From: Victivallales bacterium
GTDB taxonomy: Bacteria > Verrucomicrobiota > Lentisphaeria > Victivallales > UBA1829
Assembly: GCA_045594005.1 (NCBI GenBank)
Contig: JAZNXT010000057.1
Span: 3,151-67,150, forward strand
Reading direction: 5' to 3'
Length of the DNA stretch: 64,000 nt
Both the position numbers and the translations under genes were made by a program. Shown in pieces: positions 37,445-45,631 of this stretch. The notes beneath the pieces are model-generated. The model was not told the DNA's origin, made no database searches, and saw only the letters and a program-made list of their open reading frames with translations. The number at the start of each line of letters is the position of its first letter. The stretch's first letter is position 1.

Positions 37445-37607
37445 GCGCGTAAAACATACGGCGGCGGATCCGGCAAGCCGGATCCCACCCCACAAAAAAA
37501 ACAGGCTTGTTCCAAATGGAGCAAGCCTGTTTTTTGTGGGGTGAACCGGGAGCGGCTGCGTGTGGAACACGCAGACCGCGACCGGTGCCGCCGTATGTTT
37601 TACGCGC
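37445..37607. repeat. Nested palindrome: a 21-bp perfect outer inverted repeat enclosing three hairpins
   Basis: GCGCGTAAAACATACGGCGGC (37445-37465) is the exact reverse complement of 37587-37607. Inner hairpins lie at 37466-37485, 37488-37541 and 37552-37579. The right arm overlaps the last codons and stop of nagA. Confidence 0.8.
37501..37536. terminator. Bidirectional intrinsic terminator between the convergent CDC123-like gene and nagA
   Basis: ACAGGCTTG / CAAGCCTGT stem, flanked by an A-run on the 5' side and a T-run on the 3' side, so it is terminator-shaped on both strands. Confidence 0.7.
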
Positions 37608-38751
37608 TGTAACGCAGTTCGCCGTTGACGAAAGTCTTTTTGACTTTGAAATCGCCATCGAGGACCACGATATCGGCGAAGTAACCCGGAGCGATCTTTC
37701 CGAGACCATCCAACCCCAGAGCGCGAGCCTGGTTCCAGGAGGTGGTGCGGACGAGATCAGCCAGATCATAACCGGTGATATCGTACACATTTTTGAGGGC
37801 GTCGCAGATCTGGAGGGTACTGCCTGCGAGTGCGCCGTTGCTGGCGAGGCGTGCTGCGCCGTCTTTGACGATGACCGGCAGACCGCCCAGAGTGTAATCG
37901 CCTTCGGGCATACCGGCTGCGCGCATGGCATCGGAGATCAGCTGGATGTGATCGATGTCCTTCAGCTGGAAGACGAGACGGATCATATCCGGGCAGATGT
38001 GCAGCGTATCGCAAATGAATTCCAGATAGACGTCATCGTAGAAAAGACCGGCACCGACCAGCCCGATATCGCGATGATGGAGAGCGGTCATCTGATTGCA
38101 GAAGTGGCTCAAGTTGACCAGACCGTGATTGTAGCCTTCGTTGAACTGTGCGAAAGTTGCGGCACTGTGGACGCAGGAGGGGGTGATCCCTTCGGCGAGC
38201 AGTTCGGAAGCGAATACGGGTGCGCCTTCCATTTCGATGGCGAAAGAAACTTTCTTCACGGGGAAAATGGCGTTCAGGCGTTTCACTTCATCGATATCCG
38301 GCTTGCGGACAAAATCGGGATTCTGTGCGCCGAGGCATTTGGGGTTGATGAACGGACCTTCCAGATGCACGCCGGGCAGTTTACAGCCCTTCACGCCGGA
38401 TTTGACATAATTTGCAGCGGTCTGCAGAGCCTGCGCCAGCGTTTCTTCCGCCAGAGTCAGGGTCGTGGGCAGGAGAGTGGTCACGCCTTCTTTGAGTTTA
38501 TCCACAGCCATGGTGGTGATGGCGTTATCGGTGGCGTCGCAGAAATCTTCACCGGATCTGCCGTGGCAATGGACATCGATGAATCCGGGCATTACCATAT
38601 CGCCCTGCACATCAATGACTTCATCGGCATTTGGCAGTTCATCGCCGGGAGCGAAAATGCGTTTGATCTTTTCGCCTTCGATCAGGATCGCGGCATTATC
38701 GAGATCCACATCGGGTGAGATGAGATGACAATTTTTCAGGAGAGTACTCAT
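37600..38751 (-). CDS. nagA: N-acetylglucosamine-6-phosphate deacetylase
   Basis: Start moved to ATG 38751 (MSTLLKNCHLISPD...). PGFIDVHCHG metal site, and a HLEGPFINP-type block. Confidence 0.88.
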   Translation of the reverse strand: MSTLLKNCHLISPDVDLDNAAILIEGEKIKRIFAPGDELPNADEVIDVQGDMVMPGFIDVHCHGRSGEDFCDATDNAITTMAVDKLKEGVTTLLPTTLTLAEETLAQALQTAANYVKSGVKGCKLPGVHLEGPFINPKCLGAQNPDFVRKPDIDEVKRLNAIFPVKKVSFAIEMEGAPVFASELLAEGITPSCVHSAATFAQFNEGYNHGLVNLSHFCNQMTALHHRDIGLVGAGLFYDDVYLEFICDTLHICPDMIRLVFQLKDIDHIQLISDAMRAAGMPEGDYTLGGLPVIVKDGAARLASNGALAGSTLQICDALKNVYDITGYDLADLVRTTSWNQARALGLDGLGKIAPGYFADIVVLDGDFKVKKTFVNGELRYSA

Positions 38752-38976
38752 GTTGTTTTGTCCTTTTGTTATCTTGTTTTTACTGGTTTGTTTTCGGTTT
38801 TTACGGTTTTCTACGGATAAAATAATCTCATTTCCTGTATTTTTCAAGAAAAAAAACAAAAAAAACGCCATTCCGCTGCTGTTTTCTTTTTTTTGCAGTT
38901 GAAAAAAAACAGATGAGATGCTATTTTAATTGAAATCGATTTTTCTTTTAATAAGTAATTATGGAGTTTTTTTGAT

Positions 38977-39543
38977 ATGCTGAAAAAGATTTTTTTCGCC
39001 GCTGTTTTCTCTATGGCGGTGCTGCCGGTCTTTGCACAGGGTCAGCAGGATGCAGTGCGTTATTATCAGGAAGCGATCAGCAATATGGCGCGTCAGGTGC
39101 GTCTGCTTCAGGATGAGAATGCCCGTCTGGATTCCAAAGTGAATGTGACGGAACAGAAGTTGGCGGCACTTTCCCGTGAGAATAAAGAATTGCGCAAAGA
39201 AATGGAATCCATCCGGCAGCTGCTTCAGAAAGATGCGGCAGCCCGGGAAGCACAATTCCGTGAAATTTCCCGTCAGCTGGAAATTCTGGCGAAGACTCCG
39301 GTAGTGGCACCTGCTCCGGTTCCGCCACCGCCGCCACCGCCGCGGGCAATAGAACAGGAAACACTTGCTCCGGTTCCGGCTCCGGCAGAAGAATATGACG
39401 AATATGTGGTCCAGAAGGGAGCGACGCTGTATGTGATCGCGGCGGCGTACAAGGTATCTGTGAAAGATATCAAGCGTGCGAACAATCTGAAAAATGATTT
39501 TATCCGTGAAGGACAGAAACTGAAGATCCCCCGCCGGAAGTGA
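38977..39543 (+). CDS. Secreted LysM-domain peptidoglycan-binding protein with a coiled-coil and Pro-rich linker
   Basis: Signal peptide MLKKIFFAAVFSMAVLPVFA. C-terminal LysM YVVQKGATLYVIAAAYKVSVKDIKRANNLKNDFIREGQKLKIP. Confidence 0.85.
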   Translation: MLKKIFFAAVFSMAVLPVFAQGQQDAVRYYQEAISNMARQVRLLQDENARLDSKVNVTEQKLAALSRENKELRKEMESIRQLLQKDAAAREAQFREISRQLEILAKTPVVAPAPVPPPPPPPRAIEQETLAPVPAPAEEYDEYVVQKGATLYVIAAAYKVSVKDIKRANNLKNDFIREGQKLKIPRRK

Positions 39544-39548
39544 TCGCC

Positions 39549-40355
39549 ATGGTATCGACTGTGCAACAACAGAAATTCGGTTTTACGGTTCTCGGCAGCG
39601 GCAGTAAAGGCAATGCCACTGTGATCCATTGTCCGGACGGAAAGAACATTCTGCTGGATGCGGGCTTTTCCGCAAAAGAGCTTTGCACCCGCATGGACAA
39701 GAGAGCGATCGCGCCGGAATCGATCTGCGGGATCCTCATCACACACAGCCACGATGATCATATCCGCGGCTGCCGTGTATTTGCAGACCGTTTCGGTCTT
39801 CCGGTCTATGAAACGCCGGAAACTGCGCAGCGTATCAGTGCGGAAAAGAACAATGCCACCAGAGTGATACTGATCACGCCGGGGCATAAATTTGATCTTT
39901 GCGGTTTGACCGTGGAACCCTTTGCCATTTCCCATGATGTGGATGCGGTGGCATATACATTTCATTGCAACGGCATGAAACTGGGATACGCTACGGATCT
40001 CGGGTTCACCAGTCTGCTGGTGAATACAAAATTGAAATCCTGTCACGCGCTGGTTCTGGAATCCAATTATGAGCCGGAATATCTGCGCAATTCCGGCAGA
40101 CCGCTCCACACGAAACGCCGGATCATGGGCAGGCAGGGGCATTTGAGCAATCAGGATGCCATGGAAGCGATGAAAGAACTGCTGTGCTGTGAAACGGCAC
40201 ATGTGGTATTGGCGCATTTGAGCAGAGAATGTAACGACCGTTGTCTGGTGGAAAAGATGCTTTGCGAAACATTGACAGATCTCCGCAGAGAGGATGTGTC
40301 CTACGCGATCGCATCACAGGATGAACCGCTGGAAACGATTTGGATCGGAAAATAA
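39549..40355 (+). CDS. MBL-fold metallo-hydrolase
   Basis: FTVLGSGSKGNATVI..., and the HxHxDH motif ITHSHDDHIRG. ATG 39549 is preferred to the GTG at 39540. Confidence 0.8.
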   Translation: MVSTVQQQKFGFTVLGSGSKGNATVIHCPDGKNILLDAGFSAKELCTRMDKRAIAPESICGILITHSHDDHIRGCRVFADRFGLPVYETPETAQRISAEKNNATRVILITPGHKFDLCGLTVEPFAISHDVDAVAYTFHCNGMKLGYATDLGFTSLLVNTKLKSCHALVLESNYEPEYLRNSGRPLHTKRRIMGRQGHLSNQDAMEAMKELLCCETAHVVLAHLSRECNDRCLVEKMLCETLTDLRREDVSYAIASQDEPLETIWIGK

Positions 40356-40382
40356 TAAAATAACCAATAGCAGGAAACAATC

Positions 40383-43193
40383 ATGACAGAAGAAATGAAC
40401 GGAATGACGGAAGCTGAAGCAACACCGCAAACGATGGTGGAAACCACAGATCTTCCGCCGGACGGAGCGATTCAGAACGCCTATGCGGAACTCTGTAAAA
40501 ACAATGAAGCGGCGGAAGCAGCGGATACAAATATCGTGGAAACTGAAATCGATACGGATCCGGTAACGCCCGGCACACAATCAAGACAGCCGGTAAAGAT
40601 CTCCTGCCACAAATGCGGTCAGAAACTGGATCTTTCCACATTGGAACCGTTTTCCCATGTGGCGTGTCCTGCCTGCGGATCCGATTTGATCGTGCCGCGC
40701 TGGTTTGATAATTATTTGCTGGAAGAAATTGCCGGGATCGGCGGGATGGCAACGGTGTACCGGGCATTGGACCTGGCTCTTGACCGTGAAGTGGCGATTA
40801 AGGTCCTCCAGCCGGAACTGGCGGTTCAGGTGGATAAATCCGAACTGTTTCTCCATGAAGCGCGGACGGCGGCAACGATCAATCACTATGCGGTGATCCC
40901 GATCTACACCTGCGGTATTTTTGAAAATCAGACCTATATCGTGATGCAGTACATGGGTGGCGGCTCTCTGGAAATGATCCTGAACCAGAATCCGGAACCG
41001 CTGCCGCTGCTTCATGTGATCTCCTGGATCCGGGATATTGCCATGGGGTTGGAAAATGCCCGTCAGCACGGGATCGTTCACCACGACATCAAGCCTGCGA
41101 ATATCATGCTGGATATGGAAGCGAAAGCCAAGATCGGTGATTTCGGGATCGCGCAGATCGTATCGGGCAAAAGCAATGCGATCGCAGAGGAAATTACTCA
41201 GGGGTGGCTCTCTCCCCACTATACCAGTCCGGAAAAGATCCGTACGGGAGAAGAAGATTACCGGGGCGACATTTACAGTCTGGGTGCGACATTCTACCAT
41301 CTTGTGACCGGTTTGACGCCCTACCCCAACACGGATCTGGATGATTTGATCCAGAAACGGCTGTCCACAGAACCGATGGCACCTCATCTTCAGAGAAAAG
41401 ATCTCCCGGAAGAATTGTCCGAACTGATCCTTGCCATGATGGCAATGGATCCGGAACAGCGTCCTGATTACGGGAGTGTGGTGGCTGTATTGAATCAGTA
41501 TATCAGCAGACCGGCATTGCTTACGGGCAACGATGTAAACGCCAGCAAACAAGCGAAGGCTGCGCGCCCGAAAGGTCAGCGGTCTCCTGTCCGGAAACGG
41601 AATATGAACTCTGCTTTTGACCGGCTGGGAAATACTGCGGCACCGAAGAAACGCTCTCCGGGTATGCTTGCATTTATCATCATCATGCACATTCTGACGA
41701 TCGGTCTGATTTTCTGCGGCACGATGTTTGCCCTGTTCAAATCCGGTTTGTTCAATGGGAGCGAATTACTCAACAGTTATCCGGATTTTCTGCTGGAAAC
41801 GGTCAAACTTTCCAAAACGGAAGAAAACAGGAATATTGTTTTGAGCAACTATCTTCACGACGGCAGACCCGATCTTGCCATATCGGAAACGAAAGCCCAG
41901 CTTCAGGATCCGAATACAGACACCCGTTATCAGGCAGTATTGCAGCACTGTTTTGCGGCATTGCTGAATGCGAAACGGGATCCGGCAGATGCAGATGCCG
42001 CCCGGGAATACATTGCAAATATGCTCAAGAGTCTGGAAGCCAATATCACGCCGTACGAAAAGATCCGTTATGAAGATCATCTGGCACTGATCCGCTACAT
42101 GGCAGGCGATCTCAAACGGGCGGATCTGGTACCGGGCAGAGCGGTCAAATTTGCGTTTGGCAATGACTTTAAGATCAAGTTGACATTTGTGGATTTTCTT
42201 CTGGCTCTCCACGATCCGGAATTGAAAGCCGGTGAACTTTCGAGTTATCTGGAAGATATCAAAGCGGAATCCATTGTATTTCAGGCGGGAACAAAACCGT
42301 GGGTACTGGTTGCGTTCGCGGATCGTCTTGCCCGCTGGGAAGAAGTGTTGAAGAATAAAACCGGCAAAAAGAGCGGGATCGAACCGGTATTTCACAGTTT
42401 CATTGAAACGGAAGCACCCTGGAAAAGTGAGATCGAAATTTACAGTTCGGATCTTCTGAATGCAGTGGAAGAGGAAAAAGCACTGGAAAGACAGAAAGAA
42501 CGGGAAAAAGAACGGGAGGAAAAGAAGCTGGCGAAACAGCGTGAAAAAGAAGAGATCACGCAGAAAAACATTCAGGATGTGATGCGGCGGCACCGGGATG
42601 TGTATAAAGCCCGTCCCAATCTGAACAGCCGCGGCGACAATAACTTTATTGTGAGCAGGGAAGCGCAGCAGCGGTATCTGGATCAGTTGATCAATTCCGG
42701 CAGTCTTTCCGCAGATGACCAGATGTCAGAACAGTGGCGTATCCAACAGATGCAGCATTTCAACGATTATCTGCTGGAACTCGGTCGTATGAAAGGGCTT
42801 ACCGGTCTGTATCTCCGCGGGAAAGGCGGGGTGAAAGCGGATGTGGAATTCAGCGATATGGGTGTTGATTTTGCTGTGGTCGGCGGGAAAGTCAATTACG
42901 GGGAAGATCAGGGCGAAAAAGAATATATGGCATGGACTGATTTCAGGCAGAAACATATCCGCCCGCTGATCTCTGCCTGTATCCGGAAACAGCTGGAAAA
43001 TCTGGAAGCGAAAGGAGAAAAGCTCACGCCGGAATTGCGGATGAAACTTGCGAAACAGCATTTGATCCTGGCGGTGATCGCCTACTGGTATCAATCGTTC
43101 AACGATATGGAATACTCTCTGAAACAGGCATTGCTGATCTCGGAAGACAATTCGGAGATCAAACAGCTGATCATCAGACACTTCCTGCGTTAA
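40383..43193 (+). CDS. Ser/Thr protein kinase with an N-terminal zinc ribbon, one TM and a large C-terminal helical domain
   Basis: 936 aa. CHKCGQKL...CPACGSDL, then the kinase core GGMATVYRALD, VAIKVL, HHDIKPANIML, DFGIAQ, SPE. TM at AFIIIMHILTIGLIFCGTMFALF. Confidence 0.88.
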   Translation: MTEEMNGMTEAEATPQTMVETTDLPPDGAIQNAYAELCKNNEAAEAADTNIVETEIDTDPVTPGTQSRQPVKISCHKCGQKLDLSTLEPFSHVACPACGSDLIVPRWFDNYLLEEIAGIGGMATVYRALDLALDREVAIKVLQPELAVQVDKSELFLHEARTAATINHYAVIPIYTCGIFENQTYIVMQYMGGGSLEMILNQNPEPLPLLHVISWIRDIAMGLENARQHGIVHHDIKPANIMLDMEAKAKIGDFGIAQIVSGKSNAIAEEITQGWLSPHYTSPEKIRTGEEDYRGDIYSLGATFYHLVTGLTPYPNTDLDDLIQKRLSTEPMAPHLQRKDLPEELSELILAMMAMDPEQRPDYGSVVAVLNQYISRPALLTGNDVNASKQAKAARPKGQRSPVRKRNMNSAFDRLGNTAAPKKRSPGMLAFIIIMHILTIGLIFCGTMFALFKSGLFNGSELLNSYPDFLLETVKLSKTEENRNIVLSNYLHDGRPDLAISETKAQLQDPNTDTRYQAVLQHCFAALLNAKRDPADADAAREYIANMLKSLEANITPYEKIRYEDHLALIRYMAGDLKRADLVPGRAVKFAFGNDFKIKLTFVDFLLALHDPELKAGELSSYLEDIKAESIVFQAGTKPWVLVAFADRLARWEEVLKNKTGKKSGIEPVFHSFIETEAPWKSEIEIYSSDLLNAVEEEKALERQKEREKEREEKKLAKQREKEEITQKNIQDVMRRHRDVYKARPNLNSRGDNNFIVSREAQQRYLDQLINSGSLSADDQMSEQWRIQQMQHFNDYLLELGRMKGLTGLYLRGKGGVKADVEFSDMGVDFAVVGGKVNYGEDQGEKEYMAWTDFRQKHIRPLISACIRKQLENLEAKGEKLTPELRMKLAKQHLILAVIAYWYQSFNDMEYSLKQALLISEDNSEIKQLIIRHFLR

Positions 43194-43239
43194 ACGCTGT
43201 CTGTACCTTTTCCGGAAAAAACAAGGAGTGCGGCGCGAG

Positions 43240-45558
43240 ATGAAATTGAGAACGAAACTGCTTCTGATCACCGGGGGACTGGCATTGCTGGTCCTCTCCG
43301 GAACGCTTTTGATTTCGGTATTTCACATGCGCCACACCGCAGATCAGATCCGGGAAGCAGGCAAAGAACATTCCCGCCGGGTCGTGACAAATAATTCCCG
43401 GCACAGTGTGGAGCTGGTGCGGAATCTTTTTGAGAATGAAAGACAGCGTTTTGTTCTGGCGGATTTTCCCGCTGCCGATCCTGCGGAGACTCCGGATGCA
43501 GCAGATTTCCCCGTCCGCACAGATGTGATCATCTTTTCGCCCCGCCGGAAAATGGGCGAACACACACATTCCGCCCGTCCGGAACGGGGATTCCGTCTGA
43601 ACGACGATGGAAGCGTGACGCCGCTTTCACGGGAAGAGATCGCGGATTTCAATAAGACACTTCAGCAGGTATTGATCGATCTTCCGGACGCGCATAAAAA
43701 GCATCATGGTGCATTTTTTCTGCATCACGGGGGTCACTTATGGATTGCGACACACCGTGACAGCGGCAGCAAGCCCTGCAGCTGGTATTTTTTCCGTTTG
43801 AACAAAAACCGGCTGGCACAGCACATTTATCTTCACACGCAAACGCATATCATTCTTCTGGATGCCCAAAAAACAGAATTGCTTTCCACCAAGATCCCGG
43901 CGGAACTGGATTTGAAAAAGAATTATGCGGAAGACATCAATGCACCTGACCGGCTGCCCGGCATCACCGATCCGTATATTGCGCACGCGCTGGACACCAT
44001 GACCAACAAACCTGCCAACGAATTGATCAGCATTGAAACTGAAAAACTGTGGTTCTGTGTTGCGGCGAAATTGAATTTCCCGGAACTGGGGCTGCACGAT
44101 CTGCGCCTGATCCGCGTATTTGATGTCCCGGTCATGTCTCCGGAAGTCACAGTACAAATCGAAAAAAATCTGGCTCGTTTTCATGCCTCCATATTCTTTC
44201 TGCTGGGTATGGGTCTGATGCTGATCCTGCTGCCGCTGATTTTTTTCTCCCGCCGGATCTCTGCGCCCATCGAACGGGCGGCGAAATTTGCGGACACCCT
44301 TGCCAATGGAGATTTTCCCACACCGATGCCGGCAGATAAATCCGGCGTGACCGAAACGGCACAGCTTGTAAAATCCTTGAATTTCATGCGGGACAAACTC
44401 ACGGCGATGATCAACAAACTGAACCGCAAGCAGCAGCATGAACAGAAAGCGCGTCTTCATGCGGAGCAGATCCAGCAGCAGCATACCGATTTCATCCGGC
44501 TCATAGCGGACAATATATCCACTCATACGGGGAACGGGATCGAACTTACCGCCATGCTGCGTGAAAACCGTGATCTGCAACAGGCATTGGAAAGTCAGTT
44601 CAGTCAACTGCAAAATGCCGGAAGTCTGCTGCGGCTTCTTTCCCGGATCAATTCCGAACCGGAACTTGACGTAACGATTTTTGAACTTTTCCCCATGATC
44701 CGCGACAAGGTGGATTCCTTCAAAAATGTCTGCAATGACCGGAAGATCGAACTGCGCCGCAGATATGATGCGGACATCCCGAAATATGTCCGTATCGACC
44801 GGAAACAACTGGATAAGACGCTTCAGTTGGCGGGAGAAACCATCATCAACAGTACATCGGCGGATTCTTTTCTGCTTTTTTCAGTGGAAAATGACCGGGA
44901 AAATGCCCGTATCATTTTCGGTTTGAGCGGCTGCAATTCCAACAGTGCCATCCGGGCGTATCTGGACAATGCGCCCCGTGATTTTGCGGCGGCATCTGCA
45001 GTGATCCGTCTTTCTGTGATCCGCCATCTTACAGAATTGCTCGGCGGGGAATTTGATGCAGAGATCCGGCAGGATGGTTCCTTCGGCATCCGGATCTCTT
45101 TCCTGCGGGAGGAACTGGAAGATACCGATGGAGATACAGCCAAACGGCATCATCGCGCGGAAACGATCCAGGCGCATACGGAAAAAGTCAGACTGCCTGT
45201 ACCGGACGGGAAAAAGATGCGAATCCTGATCGTGCCGATGGATGATGCCGACCGGATGCTGCTGCAGCTGATGCTCCGGAACATTCCGGAATGTGAAATG
45301 GTCACGGCAGATGATATCACTTCAGCAGAAGCGATCCTGTCCAATGGGGACACCTGTTTCAATGCGGTGATCTTCGATCCGGCGCAAAATGACCCGGCAC
45401 CGGAAAGGAAATTGGAAAAATTGCGTTCTGCGGCGGCAAAAAAGACCGGATTCATTGTCATATCATCGGGCGATTCGTTCAGACATGCGGATGTGACATT
45501 GCGGAAACCGTTGAAATATACAGTTCTTCTGGAATCTGTCATGTTTTTCAGAAGTTGA
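43240..45558 (+). CDS. Membrane sensor with HAMP, a degenerate histidine-kinase-like core and a C-terminal receiver-like domain
   Basis: Two TMs flank a roughly 290-aa periplasmic region. HAMP (RRISAPIERAAKFADTLANGDF). The DHp-like segment FIRLIADNISTHTGNG lacks the HE(L/I)RTP H-box. I could not find G1/G2 boxes. Receiver-like MRILIVPMDDAD...VIFDP...LRKPL. Confidence 0.6.
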   Translation: MKLRTKLLLITGGLALLVLSGTLLISVFHMRHTADQIREAGKEHSRRVVTNNSRHSVELVRNLFENERQRFVLADFPAADPAETPDAADFPVRTDVIIFSPRRKMGEHTHSARPERGFRLNDDGSVTPLSREEIADFNKTLQQVLIDLPDAHKKHHGAFFLHHGGHLWIATHRDSGSKPCSWYFFRLNKNRLAQHIYLHTQTHIILLDAQKTELLSTKIPAELDLKKNYAEDINAPDRLPGITDPYIAHALDTMTNKPANELISIETEKLWFCVAAKLNFPELGLHDLRLIRVFDVPVMSPEVTVQIEKNLARFHASIFFLLGMGLMLILLPLIFFSRRISAPIERAAKFADTLANGDFPTPMPADKSGVTETAQLVKSLNFMRDKLTAMINKLNRKQQHEQKARLHAEQIQQQHTDFIRLIADNISTHTGNGIELTAMLRENRDLQQALESQFSQLQNAGSLLRLLSRINSEPELDVTIFELFPMIRDKVDSFKNVCNDRKIELRRRYDADIPKYVRIDRKQLDKTLQLAGETIINSTSADSFLLFSVENDRENARIIFGLSGCNSNSAIRAYLDNAPRDFAAASAVIRLSVIRHLTELLGGEFDAEIRQDGSFGIRISFLREELEDTDGDTAKRHHRAETIQAHTEKVRLPVPDGKKMRILIVPMDDADRMLLQLMLRNIPECEMVTADDITSAEAILSNGDTCFNAVIFDPAQNDPAPERKLEKLRSAAAKKTGFIVISSGDSFRHADVTLRKPLKYTVLLESVMFFRS

Positions 45559-45631
45559 CAAAACAGCCTCCGCGTGCTATATTATATAATAAGACGACAA
45601 AAATAACACAACACGGAGGAACGATAAGAAG

